DNA from: Actinomycetaceae bacterium
GTDB taxonomy: Bacteria; Actinomycetota; Actinomycetes; Actinomycetales; Actinomycetaceae
Reading direction: 5' to 3'
Assembly (NCBI GenBank): GCA_052093225.1
Contig: JBQDDG010000007.1
Span: 4,671 to 68,670, forward strand
Length of the DNA: 64,000 nt
Within the stretch, counting starts at the first letter, position 1; each line of letters begins with the position of its first letter. The position numbers and the translations under genes were made by a program. Below, in pieces: positions 46,868 to 57,820 of this stretch. Under the pieces are notes generated by a model. The model was not told the DNA's origin. It did not search any database and worked only from the letters and a program-made list of their open reading frames with translations.

Positions 46868-48967
46868 ATGAGCGGCCCGCGACCGACGCATGCCGACGCT
46901 CCCCCCGCGCGCGGTGGTGCGAGTGCCAGGGACATCGTCCGCTCCGGCCGCATCCCCGGACTCGACGGGGTGCGCGCGCTCGCCGTCGGCGCCGTCCTCC
47001 TCTTCCACCTCTTCCCGGCCGTGGCGCCCGGCGGCTTCATCGGCGTCGACCTGTTCTTCGTCCTGTCCGGCTTCCTCATCACCACGCTCCTGCTGCGGGA
47101 GATCGGTCGCTCCGGACGGATCGACCTGCCGGGCTTCTGGAAGCGGCGGGCGAGGCGGCTCCTGCCGGCGCTCGCCCTCGTGGTGGTGGTCTCGGTGCCG
47201 GTGGCGGCGCTGGTGGAGCGCGACCTCATGGTCAACATCGGGCGCCAGGTCCTCGGCGCGCTGACGTTCTCCTCGAACTGGCTCGAGATCGCCGCGGGCT
47301 CCTCCTACGCGGACAGCACCGCGCCCCAGCTCTTCGTCAACTTCTGGTCCCTCGCGGTGGAGGAGCAGTTCTACCTGCTGTGGCCGCTGCTCGTCCTCCC
47401 GCTCGTCAAGCTGCTCCGCGCACCGCGGGCGCTCGCGCTCGTCGCGACCGTGCTGGCGCTCGCCTCGGCCGTGCTCATGGCCGTCCTCGTCACGCCCGGC
47501 GCCGACCCCACCCGCGTCTACTACGGGGCGGACACCCACCTGTTCGGCCTCATGCTCGGCATCGCGGTGGCGTTCGTGGCGCAGGACTCGCGGGGCCCGC
47601 TGGCGAGCCCCGCGTGGCAGCGCGCGCGTCCCTTCGTCCCGCTCGCCGGACTGCTCACGCTCCTGCTCCTTGCCCGGTTCGTGCCGTTCGAGTCGGTCTG
47701 GACGTTCCGCGGCGGCCTCTTCCTCGCCTCGCTGGCCGCCGCGGCGCTCGTCGCCGCCCTGCTGGGCCCGCGCACCTGGTTCACCCGCGTGATGGAGCTG
47801 GCCCCGCTGCGGTGGCTCGGCGAGCGCTCCTACGGGATCTACCTGTGGCACTGGCCGGCCATCGTCGTCCTCGACGCGCTCGTGCCGACCGCCGAGGGGT
47901 CCGCCGCCCGCATCGTGCTGCGCACGGCGGCGCTCGTCGTCACCCTCGGGATCTCCGCCGCGTCCTACGAGTGGCTCGAGCAGCCCGTGCGGCGCCACGG
48001 CATCCGCGCCACCCTGCGCGGCTGGCTCGCCGCCGTCACCGGCTTCCGGCCCTCCGCCGTCGTCCCGGCCCGCATCGCGGGGGCGATGGGCGTCCTCCTC
48101 GTCGCCGGCACCGGCGTGGCCGTGGCCACCGCACCGGTGATGACGGACACCGCGGCGCAGATCGAGGACAACGAGGCGCGCCTCGCCGCGCAGCGCGAGC
48201 AGGAGCTCGCCGCCGCACGATCGGCGGACCCGGGTGAGACGCCCGGCGACGGCACCGACCCGGCCGCGCCCCCGGCCGGCGACGACGCGCCCGGGCCGGG
48301 CGACGACGCACCCGATGCCCGCGACGAGGCTCCCCCCGCCGACGGTGCGAATCCTGCGCCGGGCGAGGAGACGACGTCGGGCAGCGACGAGGGGGAGTCC
48401 ACCGAGGACCCCGGGGCGGAGGACGGGACCGAGGGCGACGAGCCGTCGTCGGACGCCGACTTCTCCGTCCCCACCGGGGAGGAGCTGTCCGTGTTCGGCG
48501 ACTCGATGGTCGTCACCACCCTGGACGCGCTCGAGTTCTACTACCCGGGCGTGCACGTCAGTGCCCTGTCCAACGACCAGTGGCCGCAGGGTGAGGCCGC
48601 CGTGGACGCGGCGCTCGAGGCCGGGACCGTGCGCCGCGCCGTCGTCATCCACTACGGCACCAACGGCGGCGTGCCGGACCCGAGCATCCCCGAGCGCATC
48701 CTCGACTCGCTCGGCCCGGACCGCCCCGTCGTGCTCGTCAACCTCTACGGCGCCTCCACGTGGATCCCCGAGGCCAACGCCGAGCTCGAGCGGATCGCCG
48801 AGGAGCGCCCCAACGTGGTGGTCGCGGACTGGAACGCCACCGCGTCCGCCACTCCGGGCGCGCTCCAGGCCGACAACATCCACCCGGACATCGACGGCGC
48901 CCACGAGTACACCCACACCCTGACGGCGGCCTTCGAGGAGCTCGCCGAGCAGCACGGCCAGGGCTAG
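46868..48967 (+). CDS. Acyltransferase-3 fused to an SGNH domain (OafA/OatA-like O-acetyltransferase)
   Basis: IPGLDGVRALAV, GGFIGVDLFFVLSGFLIT, WSLAVEEQFY and SYGIYLWHWP; C-terminal GDS and DNIHP. Confidence 0.92.
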   Translation: MSGPRPTHADAPPARGGASARDIVRSGRIPGLDGVRALAVGAVLLFHLFPAVAPGGFIGVDLFFVLSGFLITTLLLREIGRSGRIDLPGFWKRRARRLLPALALVVVVSVPVAALVERDLMVNIGRQVLGALTFSSNWLEIAAGSSYADSTAPQLFVNFWSLAVEEQFYLLWPLLVLPLVKLLRAPRALALVATVLALASAVLMAVLVTPGADPTRVYYGADTHLFGLMLGIAVAFVAQDSRGPLASPAWQRARPFVPLAGLLTLLLLARFVPFESVWTFRGGLFLASLAAAALVAALLGPRTWFTRVMELAPLRWLGERSYGIYLWHWPAIVVLDALVPTAEGSAARIVLRTAALVVTLGISAASYEWLEQPVRRHGIRATLRGWLAAVTGFRPSAVVPARIAGAMGVLLVAGTGVAVATAPVMTDTAAQIEDNEARLAAQREQELAAARSADPGETPGDGTDPAAPPAGDDAPGPGDDAPDARDEAPPADGANPAPGEETTSGSDEGESTEDPGAEDGTEGDEPSSDADFSVPTGEELSVFGDSMVVTTLDALEFYYPGVHVSALSNDQWPQGEAAVDAALEAGTVRRAVVIHYGTNGGVPDPSIPERILDSLGPDRPVVLVNLYGASTWIPEANAELERIAEERPNVVVADWNATASATPGALQADNIHPDIDGAHEYTHTLTAAFEELAEQHGQG

Positions 48968-49151
48968 GACAACACCGGCCCACGGGCAGGCCAAGAGCGG
49001 GCCACGAACGCGAGAAGCCGCGGGAATCCGGCCCGGAACGTGGCCCGGCACACCCTGAGACGCCCCGGTGGGGACGAAGGTCCCGCGCTAGTCTCGACTC
49101 GAATGTCTCGGAGTCGAGGCATCGCCATGAAGCGAGGGAAGGAACCATCGG

Positions 49152-50318
49152 GTGGACCTCTTCGAGTACCAGGCGCGCGACATGTTCGAGAAGCACGGGG
49201 TGCCCGTGCTGCCGGGCATCGTCGCCTCGACCCCGGAGGAGGCGCGTGCCGCCTACTCCGAGCTCGGTGGCGATCTGGCGGTGATCAAGGCCCAGGTGAA
49301 GATCGGCGGCCGTGGCAAGGCCGGCGGCGTCAAGCTGGCCCGTTCCGCCGACGAGGCGCAGCAGCACGCCGAGGCGATCCTCGGCATGGACATCAAGGGA
49401 CACACGGCCCGCAAGGTCCTCGTCGCGGCCGGCGCCGACATCGACACCGAGTACTACTTCTCGGTCCTCCTCGACCGCTCCGAGCGGCGCTACCTCGCCA
49501 TGTGCTCGGTCGAGGGCGGCATGGAGATCGAGCAGCTCGCCGTCGAGCGCCCCGAGGCGCTCGCCCGCATCCCCGTCGACCCGATCGTCGGCATCGACCA
49601 GGCCAAGGCGGACGAGATCGTCGCCGCGGCCGGTTTCCCGGACGACGTCGCGGGCAAGGTGGCGGACGCCATCCAGAAGCTGTGGGTCGTCTACCGCGAG
49701 GAGGACGCCACGCTCGTCGAGGTCAACCCCCTCGTGCGCACGCCGGACGGCGACATCATCGCGCTCGACGGCAAGGTCTCCCTCGACGACAACGCGTCGT
49801 TCCGTCACGAGGACCACGGTGCCCTCGTCGACGCGGACGCGGAGGACCCGCTCGAGGCCAAGGCCAAGGCCAAGGGCCTCAACTACGTCAAGCTCGACGG
49901 CGAGGTCGGGATCATCGGCAACGGCGCGGGCCTCGTGATGTCGACGCTCGACGTCGTCGCCTACGCGGGTGAGGACCACGGCGTCGGCCCGGCGAACTTC
50001 CTCGACATCGGCGGCGGCGCCTCGGCGCAGATCATGGCCGACGGCCTCGACGTCATCCTCGGCGACGAGCAGGTCCGCTCCGTGTTCGTCAACGTCTTCG
50101 GCGGCATCACGGCCTGCGACGAGGTCGCGCGCGGCATCGTCCAGGCGCTCGAGATCATCGGCGACCAGGCGACCAAGCCGCTCGTCGTGCGGCTCGACGG
50201 CAACAACGTCGAGGAGGGCCGGGCGATCCTCGCCGAGGCCAACCACCACCTGGTCACCCAGGCGGACACCATGGACGGCGGCGCGGCCAAGGCCGCCGAG
50301 CTCGCGGCAGCGAAGTAA
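49152..50318 (+). CDS. sucC: Succinyl-CoA synthetase beta subunit
   Basis: [30 protein letters not shown] and [12 protein letters not shown]. Confidence 0.99.
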   Translation: MDLFEYQARDMFEKHGVPVLPGIVASTPEEARAAYSELGGDLAVIKAQVKIGGRGKAGGVKLARSADEAQQHAEAILGMDIKGHTARKVLVAAGADIDTEYYFSVLLDRSERRYLAMCSVEGGMEIEQLAVERPEALARIPVDPIVGIDQAKADEIVAAAGFPDDVAGKVADAIQKLWVVYREEDATLVEVNPLVRTPDGDIIALDGKVSLDDNASFRHEDHGALVDADAEDPLEAKAKAKGLNYVKLDGEVGIIGNGAGLVMSTLDVVAYAGEDHGVGPANFLDIGGGASAQIMADGLDVILGDEQVRSVFVNVFGGITACDEVARGIVQALEIIGDQATKPLVVRLDGNNVEEGRAILAEANHHLVTQADTMDGGAAKAAELAAAK

Positions 50319-50331
50319 GGAACCCACAGAC

Positions 50332-51258
<927 letters not shown>

Positions 51259-51275
51259 CCGACCCTTCGCACCAC

Positions 51276-51318
51276 CGACGTCGCCCCCGGCACCCTCGCG
51301 GTGCCGGGGGCGACGTCG
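51276..51318 (+). terminator. Hairpin terminator after sucD
   Basis: CGACGTCGCCCCCGGCACC-ctcgc-GGTGCCGGGGGCGACGTCG perfect 19-bp stem. Confidence 0.8.
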
Positions 51319-51372
51319 TGAGCGGGGCCACCTGGGCGTGGCTCCCGCGCTCGCGGCACGATCGGCGCGACC

Positions 51373-52929
51373 ATGGCCCCGATGACCGCGACCACGACCC
51401 GCCCCGAGGCCTCCTCCGGCACCGAGCGGCGGATGCTGCTGCCCGAGGGCTGGCTGCGCGGGCTCGTCGCCGCGCTCGAGGCCGTGCTGCTCGGCTGGCT
51501 CGTCTGCGTGGTCCCCGCGATCGCCGCCTACACCGCGACGGCGGCGTCCCCGGCACTGGGTGAGTACACGTGGCACACGGCCCTCGGCCTGGGGTCGGCC
51601 GGGTGGCTGCTCGGCCACGGCGCGCCGGCGGGGTCTCTCTCGCTCGTGCCGCTGGGCCTGAGCGCCGTGTTCGCCGCGCTGGTCATGCTGATGACGCGGC
51701 GGCACATCCTGCTCGGGGGAGCGCTCGTCGTCGCCGGGGTCGGCTACGTCGGGCTCACCCAGGCCGTGAGCCTGCTGTCCCCCTACGACGTGGATCATAT
51801 GCGGCTCGCCGCCGGCTCCGCCGTCGTGGCGGTGGTCGGCTGCGCCTGGTCGTGGTGGCGCGCGGGCGCCCGCACCGCTCCGGTCCTCGCCGCCGACGCC
51901 GAGGGAGCGCCGAGCACGTCGCTGCGCCACCGGGGCCGCCTCGTCGCCGTGCGGGCCGCCCGTGGGGCCGGTGCGACCACCGCCGTTCTCGTCACCCTCG
52001 CCATGCTCGCCGTGGCGGCCGCCGTCGCCCTGCACGCGGACCGCGCGCTCACTCTCCACCAGGCCTACGACGCCGGGGTCGTGGGCGGTACCGTCCTCGT
52101 GCTCGGCCAGCTCGCCTACGTGCCGACCGCGGGGGTCTGGGCGCTGAGCTACCTCGCCGGGAGCGGGTTCGGCGTGGGGACCGGCACCACGGTCGCACCG
52201 ACGGCCGTCGAGCTCGGCACGGTCCCCTCGGTGCCGCTGCTGGGCGCCCTGCCCGGGACGACCTCCCCGCTGGGCCTGTGGCCGGCGCTCCTGCTCGTCC
52301 TCGCCGGCGCGGCCGGCGCCTGGTGGGCGGCGCGGCCGGGGCAGGCGCACCGCCTCGTCGACGCCGTCGCCGCCACCCTCGCCTCGGCGCTCACCGTCGG
52401 GCTCGCCACGTTGGTCGTGGCTGCCGCCTCGTCCGGCGCGATCGGCTCCGGCCGGATGGCCGCGCTCGGCCCGGACCCGGTGGTCCTCGCCGGGCTGGTC
52501 GCCGTCGAGGTCGCAGTCGGCGCCCTCGTGACGACGATCGCCCTCCACCCGCGCACGCACGCGGGGCTCGGCTCCGGCGCGCGGTCGGTGCGGGAGCGCC
52601 TGCGGCGGCCCGAGGACGACGGGGAGGACGAGGGGACGACCGCGGCGAAGGCATCCGCTGCGAGGACGACCGCACCGAAGGAGACGTCGGGGAAGGCCTC
52701 CGCCGCCGGGACGTCGTCGTCGGCGACCTCCACCTCTGGGAAGTCGACTACCGCGAAGGGCACGTCGACGTCCGGGACCGCGACCGCGAAGCGGACGAAC
52801 GACAGCTCGGCGAACGGCCGCGCCGTGTCACCCGGGCGGTGGAACGCCTCCGGGTCGATGGCCAGCGCACCCACGCCGGGCGGCGCGGCCGCGGGTCGGG
52901 CCGCGACCACGCCCGGCCTCACGTCCTGA
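51373..52929 (+). CDS. DUF6350/PerM-family membrane protein
   Basis: WLLGHG, SLVPLG, LGQLAYVP...W...Y..G.GF..G and PSVPLLGALP; canonical position between sucD and purN. Confidence 0.8.
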   Translation: MAPMTATTTRPEASSGTERRMLLPEGWLRGLVAALEAVLLGWLVCVVPAIAAYTATAASPALGEYTWHTALGLGSAGWLLGHGAPAGSLSLVPLGLSAVFAALVMLMTRRHILLGGALVVAGVGYVGLTQAVSLLSPYDVDHMRLAAGSAVVAVVGCAWSWWRAGARTAPVLAADAEGAPSTSLRHRGRLVAVRAARGAGATTAVLVTLAMLAVAAAVALHADRALTLHQAYDAGVVGGTVLVLGQLAYVPTAGVWALSYLAGSGFGVGTGTTVAPTAVELGTVPSVPLLGALPGTTSPLGLWPALLLVLAGAAGAWWAARPGQAHRLVDAVAATLASALTVGLATLVVAAASSGAIGSGRMAALGPDPVVLAGLVAVEVAVGALVTTIALHPRTHAGLGSGARSVRERLRRPEDDGEDEGTTAAKASAARTTAPKETSGKASAAGTSSSATSTSGKSTTAKGTSTSGTATAKRTNDSSANGRAVSPGRWNASGSMASAPTPGGAAAGRAATTPGLTS

Positions 52930-53021
52930 GCAGCCGGCCTCCCGTCGTCGGCGGCCGGCACCCGTGGCCTCCACGGCGGCCGGCACCCGTGGCCGACGAG
53001 GCGGCCCGGGCCGTCGGTCTC

Positions 53022-54224
53022 CTAGGCGGAGACTGACTCGGCGTCCGCGCGCGTGGTGACGCCGCCGTCGGTACACGAGCGTCGCGCGCGCTCCAACGCC
53101 GCCCGGAGGTCCTCGACGAGGTCCTCGGCGTCCTCGATGCCCACCGAGATGCGCACGAGGTCCTCCGGCACCTCCAGCGGGGTGCCGACCGCGGCCAGGT
53201 GGGTCATCGTCGCCGGCTGCTCGATGAGCGACTCGACGCCGCCGAGCGACTCCGCGAGCGTGAACAGCTCCGTGGACTCGACGAACGCGCGGGCGAGCGC
53301 GGCGTCGCGCAGCCGCACCGAGACCATCCCGCCGAACCCGCTCATCTGGCGCGCCGCGACCTCGTGGCCGGGGTGGGAGGTGAGGCCCGGGTAGAGGACG
53401 TGGGTGACGAGGTTGCTGTCCCCCAGCGCCTCCGCGACGCGCGCGGCGTTCTCGCAGTGCCGGTCCATCCGCACGCCGAGGGTCTTGACCCCGCGCGAGA
53501 CGAGCCACGAGTCGAACGGGGCGAGCCCGGTGCCGACGTCGTTCTGCAGGCCGCCCAGCTTCTCGGCGAGGGAGTCGTCCGCGAGCACGACGGCCCCGCC
53601 CACCACGTCGGAGTGCCCGCCGAGGTACTTGGTGAGCGAGTGGACGACGGCGTCGGCGCCGAGCGAGATCGGCTGCTGGAGGTAGGGGGTGGCGAACGTG
53701 TTGTCGACGACGACGAAGGCGCCGGCCTCGTGCGCGATCCCCGCGACCGCCTCGACGTCGACGATCCGCAGCAGGGGGTTCGACGGCGTCTCGACCCACA
53801 CCACGGTGGGGGTGCGCTCCGCGACGGCGGCGCGCACGGCGGCGACGTCCGAGAGGTCGACGGCGGCGTGCGTCACGCCCCAGGGACCGAACGCGGACTC
53901 GAGCAGGCGCAGCGTGCCGGCGTAGGCGTCGCTGCCGAGGAGCACGTGCGAGCCGGGGCCGACGAGCGCACGCAGGAGCGCGTCCTCGGCGGCCATCCCG
54001 CTGCTGAACGTCCGGGCGGCGAAGCCCCCCTCGAGCGAGGCCAGGGTCTCCTGCAGCGCGTCGCGCGTGGGGTTGGCCGTGCGCGAGTACTCGTAGCCGT
54101 CCGTCAGCCGGCCGACGGCCTCGTGCCGGAACGTCGACGTGAGGTGGAGGGGACGGACGACCGCGCCGGTCGCCGGGTCGGGGGACTGCCCGTCGTGGAC
54201 GGTGCGGGTGCTGAGGTGAGCCAT
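53022..54224 (-). CDS. metB: Cystathionine gamma-synthase/lyase (PLP trans-sulfuration family)
   Basis: YEYSRTANPTR, FSSGMAA, WVETPSNP, VDNTFATP, HSLTKYLGGHSD and LAESLGGVESL. Confidence 0.9.
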   Translation of the reverse strand: MAHLSTRTVHDGQSPDPATGAVVRPLHLTSTFRHEAVGRLTDGYEYSRTANPTRDALQETLASLEGGFAARTFSSGMAAEDALLRALVGPGSHVLLGSDAYAGTLRLLESAFGPWGVTHAAVDLSDVAAVRAAVAERTPTVVWVETPSNPLLRIVDVEAVAGIAHEAGAFVVVDNTFATPYLQQPISLGADAVVHSLTKYLGGHSDVVGGAVVLADDSLAEKLGGLQNDVGTGLAPFDSWLVSRGVKTLGVRMDRHCENAARVAEALGDSNLVTHVLYPGLTSHPGHEVAARQMSGFGGMVSVRLRDAALARAFVESTELFTLAESLGGVESLIEQPATMTHLAAVGTPLEVPEDLVRISVGIEDAEDLVEDLRAALERARRSCTDGGVTTRADAESVSA

Positions 54225-54410
54225 GTGCGCGACGGTAGCGATCGGCGTCGGAGTCGTAGCGCGCAGGTCCGCACGGTCCGACTGGTGGACGCTCCCGCGG
54301 TGGCGTCGCAGGTAAGAGACACGCCTCGCGCCGGTGGGCGGCCCACGACGCCGGGCTGCGCGACGCCCGACGCCCAGGTGGACGCTCCAGGGGCGCGATG
54401 GCCCCGGCGG

Positions 54411-55022
54411 CTACTCCGTGCCGAGCCAGCCGAGGAGCCGGTCGTCGAGACCGTTCTCGCACGCCTCGACGGCCTGGTTGGTCACGGCGCCGTCGAGGCA
54501 CTCCTGGTGGCTCGCCGACACGGACCAGGTGAGGGCCGGCGCGAGGTGCAGGAACGCGATGATCGAGCCCATGACGATGGTGACGATCGTCGATCGCTCA
54601 CGTCGTTGGCCGACCGTGGGCTCGGGCCGCTTGCGGGACGTGCCGTCCGCCGATCCGCTGCCCCGACCGGTGGAGGCGGGCCCGGAGCCGGGACCCACCC
54701 CTGCTCCGTGACGCGCCCCTGCTCCGTGACGCGCCCCGGTGGTGCCGGGCCCCTGCCCGCCGGCACCGGACGGCGTGGAGGGACGGTCCTTGAAGTGCCG
54801 GGCGAACACGGCCGCGGCGACGCCGCCGAGCGCGAGGAGGCCGAGGGCGATCGTCTCGGGGAACCGGGCGATCAGCAGCGTGCCGAGCGCGCTCGCGATG
54901 ACCAGCAGCGCTCCCGCCTGCGACCACCGGCCGAGCTGGGCCGCGCGCTCCTCGGCGTCGGACTCGGGCGCGCTCGATGGACGCACCGGTCCCGGTGCCT
55001 TGCCGGTCGGAGGGGTCGTCAC
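54411..55022 (-). CDS. Hypothetical membrane protein
   Basis: Two TM helices, Gly-rich linker, a third TM and C-terminal HQECLDGAVT...C; GACAAT -10 lies 6 nt before GTG 55022. Confidence 0.7.
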   Translation of the reverse strand: MTTPPTGKAPGPVRPSSAPESDAEERAAQLGRWSQAGALLVIASALGTLLIARFPETIALGLLALGGVAAAVFARHFKDRPSTPSGAGGQGPGTTGARHGAGARHGAGVGPGSGPASTGRGSGSADGTSRKRPEPTVGQRRERSTIVTIVMGSIIAFLHLAPALTWSVSASHQECLDGAVTNQAVEACENGLDDRLLGWLGTE

Positions 55023-55104
55023 GCGTCCATTGTCACCCGATCGCCGGTCCCGGCGGGCAGTCCCGCCGGTCGTCGCTCGCCGCCGCCGTCTACGGTGGGT
55101 CGTC

Positions 55105-55776
55105 GTGACCCACTCCGGCGCCCGCCCGCTCCGCCTCGTCGTGCTCGTCTCGGGCTCCGGCACACTCCTCCAGGCCGTGCTCGACGCCGTGGCCGACGGC
55201 GCGCCGGTCGAGGTCCTCGCCGTCGGCAGCGACCGGCCCGGCACCCGGGGCGAGGAGCGCGCGCGGGGCGCGGGGCTGCCCACGTTCGTCGCCCCCGTGG
55301 GCGAGCACCCCGACCGCGCCGCCTGGGACGCACACCTCGCCCGCGAGATCTCCGCCCACGGTCCGGACGTGGTCCTCAGTGCCGGGTTCATGAAGATCCT
55401 CGGGCCGGCCGTGCTCGGCGTCGCCCCGGTCCTCAACACCCACCCCGCGCTCCTGCCGTCCTTCCCCGGGGCCCACGGCGTGCGCGACGCCCTCGCCCAC
55501 GGTGTGCGGGTCACCGGCTGCACGTGCCACGTCGTCGACGCCGGGGTCGACACCGGCCCGATCGTCGCCCAGCGCGCGGTGACGGTCCTCGACGGGGACA
55601 CGGAGGAGTCGTTGCACGAGCGCATCAAGGTCGAGGAGCGCGCGATGCTCGTCGAGGTCCTCACCCACCTGGCGTCCGGCGAGACCACCCTGCCCACCGC
55701 CCCGTCCGCCGGTCCGTCCACCACCGTGCCCGCCGACCCGTCCGCTTCCCTGCCGTCGGCCCCTGGCGCGCCGTAG
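55105..55776 (+). CDS. purN: Phosphoribosylglycinamide formyltransferase
   Basis: VVLVSGSGTLLQA, SAGFMKIL, NTHPALLPSFPGAHGV and GVDTGPI. Confidence 0.97.
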   Translation: MTHSGARPLRLVVLVSGSGTLLQAVLDAVADGAPVEVLAVGSDRPGTRGEERARGAGLPTFVAPVGEHPDRAAWDAHLAREISAHGPDVVLSAGFMKILGPAVLGVAPVLNTHPALLPSFPGAHGVRDALAHGVRVTGCTCHVVDAGVDTGPIVAQRAVTVLDGDTEESLHERIKVEERAMLVEVLTHLASGETTLPTAPSAGPSTTVPADPSASLPSAPGAP

Positions 55777-55784
55777 ACTGGGGG

Positions 55785-55861
55785 ACGGTCGCAACTGGCG
55801 AACGAGGTGGGTGACCACCGGGGAGCGGCCGAGCACCCCTCACAGCGCCGCTCGCCTGGGC
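55785..55861 (+). ncRNA. ZMP/ZTP (pfl) riboswitch
   Basis: GGTCGCAACTGGCG...GGTGGGTGACCACCGGGGAGCGGCC...CGCCGCTCGCCTGGGC matches the pfl motif as I recall it; directly upstream of purH, its typical target. Confidence 0.92.
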
Positions 55862-55914
55862 GCCGGGGCCGGGCGTCGACCGCGCCCGGGACCACCGCAC
55901 CGAGGAGGACCCCC

Positions 55915-57717
55915 GTGACCGACCAGCCCACCGCGCCCGCTCCCACGCCCACGAACGGTGACGCGCCGTCCGCCGAGACCGCCCCTGGCGCCGGTCCCGA
56001 CCGCCAGGCCCGCGCGGCCGCCGAGCGTCAGCCGATCCGCCGCGCCCTCGTCTCCGTCTACGACAAGACCGGGCTGAGCGAGCTCGCGACGGCGCTCGCG
56101 GGCGCCGGGGTCGAGATCGTCTCCACCGGCTCCACGGCGGCACGGATCGCCGACGCCGGTGTGCCGGTCACTCCCGTCGAGTCCGTCACCGGGTTCCCGG
56201 AGTGCCTCGACGGCCGGGTGAAGACGCTTCACCCGAACGTCCACGCCGGCATCCTCGCCGACCGCCGCCTCCAGGACCACCGCGAGCAGCTCGACGAGCT
56301 CGGCATCGCGCCGTTCGACCTCGTCGTCGTCAACCTCTACCCGTTCGCGCAGACCGTGGCCTCGGGCGCCGCCTACGACGAGGCGGTCGAGCAGATCGAC
56401 ATCGGCGGTCCCACGATGGTCCGGGCCGCCGCGAAGAACCACCCGTCGGTCGCCGTCGTCGTGGACCCGGCCCGCTACGCGGAGGTCGGCGCGGCGCTCG
56501 ACGGCGGCGGGTTCAGCCTCCGCGAGCGGCGCGCGCTCGCCGCCGACGCGTTCGCGCACACCGCCGCCTACGACGCCGCCGTGGCCGGCTGGTTCGCCGA
56601 GCAGGTCGCCGCGGCCGACGCCGAGGGGACGGACGCCGTCGGGGGACCGGCCGACGCCGCACCGTCCGCGCAGGCCCCCGCCTTCGTCGGGCTCGCCCTC
56701 GAGCGGCGCGCGACGCTGCGCTACGGCGAGAACCCGCACCAGTCCGCCGCGCTGTACGCGCCCGCGGGGGCGGTCGACGGCATCGCCGGCGCCACCCAGC
56801 TGCAGGGCAAGGCGATGAGCTACAACAACTACGTCGACGCCGACGCCGCCGTGCGGGCCGCGCTCGACCACGAGCGCCCCGCCGTCGCGATCATCAAGCA
56901 CGCCAACCCGTGCGGCATCGCGGTGGGGGAGAGCGTGGAGGAGGCCTACCGCGCCGCGCACGCCTGCGACCCGGTCTCGGCCTACGGCGGCGTCATCGCC
57001 GCGAACCGGCCTGTGACGGCAGAGATGGCGCAGGCCATGAAGGGCGTCTTCACCGAGGTCCTCGTCGCCCCCGAGGTCACCGACGGGGCCCGCGAGATCC
57101 TCTCGAGCAGGAAGAACCTCCGCGTGCTCACGGTGACCCCGGCCCCCCGTTCGGGCACGGAGATCCGACCGATCACGGGCGGGGCGCTGGTCCAGGCGCG
57201 CGACGCCGTCGACACCGACGGGGACACGGTCGAGGGGTGGACGCACGTCGCCGGCGAGCCCGCCGACGAGGCGACCCTCGCCGACCTCGAGTTCGCCTGG
57301 CGCTCCGTGCGGGCCGTGCGCTCCAACGCCGTGCTGCTCGCCGACGCCGGCGCCACCGTCGGGGTGGGCATGGGGCAGGTCAACCGGGTCGACTCCTGCC
57401 GGCTGGCCGTCGAGCGGGCCAACACCCTCGGCGTGACCGTGTCCTCCGACGTCGAGACCGCGGGCGGCGCCCAGGCCGACGACGCCGGGTCCGACGACGC
57501 CGGCGAGGCGCCCGCCACGCCGGAGCGTGCCCGCGGCTCGGTGGCCGCCTCCGACGCGTTCTTCCCGTTCGCCGACGGCCTCCAGGTACTCATCGACGCG
57601 GGCGTCCGCGCGGTCGTCCACCCGGGCGGCTCGATCCGTGACGACGAGGTGACCGAGGCGGCGCGGGCCGCCGGCGTGACGATGTACCTCACGGGCACGC
57701 GCCACTTCGCCCACTGA
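55915..57717 (+). CDS. purH: Bifunctional AICAR formyltransferase/IMP cyclohydrolase
   Basis: [46 protein letters not shown] and [17 protein letters not shown] before GTG 55915. Confidence 0.98.
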   Translation: MTDQPTAPAPTPTNGDAPSAETAPGAGPDRQARAAAERQPIRRALVSVYDKTGLSELATALAGAGVEIVSTGSTAARIADAGVPVTPVESVTGFPECLDGRVKTLHPNVHAGILADRRLQDHREQLDELGIAPFDLVVVNLYPFAQTVASGAAYDEAVEQIDIGGPTMVRAAAKNHPSVAVVVDPARYAEVGAALDGGGFSLRERRALAADAFAHTAAYDAAVAGWFAEQVAAADAEGTDAVGGPADAAPSAQAPAFVGLALERRATLRYGENPHQSAALYAPAGAVDGIAGATQLQGKAMSYNNYVDADAAVRAALDHERPAVAIIKHANPCGIAVGESVEEAYRAAHACDPVSAYGGVIAANRPVTAEMAQAMKGVFTEVLVAPEVTDGAREILSSRKNLRVLTVTPAPRSGTEIRPITGGALVQARDAVDTDGDTVEGWTHVAGEPADEATLADLEFAWRSVRAVRSNAVLLADAGATVGVGMGQVNRVDSCRLAVERANTLGVTVSSDVETAGGAQADDAGSDDAGEAPATPERARGSVAASDAFFPFADGLQVLIDAGVRAVVHPGGSIRDDEVTEAARAAGVTMYLTGTRHFAH

Positions 57718-57734
57718 CCGACCCCGCTGTTCAC

Positions 57735-57792
57735 CGAGACTGCGGTTCGTGCCCGTCGAGATTGCGGTGGGACGAACCGCAGTCTCGACGGT
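57735..57792. repeat. REP-like hairpin sharing its core with the 28998-29080 array
   Basis: CGAGACTGCGGTTCGT / ACGAACCGCAGTCTCG 16-bp perfect stem with a third partial copy in the loop. Confidence 0.85.
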
Positions 57793-57820
57793 CAGGGGGT
57801 GGCGGCCCCGGCGGGCCTGC

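Noticed and set aside
43586-49051. Very long antisense/alternate-frame ORFs (e.g. 1821 aa at 43586-49051, 1444 aa at 17403-21737, 1246 aa at 43123-46863)
   Set aside because: Typical stop-poor shadow frames of high-GC coding DNA; Arg/Gly/Pro-rich and overlapping well-supported genes.
54225-54410. SAM riboswitch upstream of metB
   Set aside because: No SAM-I/SAM-IV core recognisable; a -10 hexamer 7 nt from the ATG indicates a leaderless transcript.
57420-57530. Intein-like insertion in PurH (and short insertions in SucD and PcrA)
   Set aside because: Insertions are short, low-complexity loops lacking intein Cys/Ser-start and His-Asn-end motifs.
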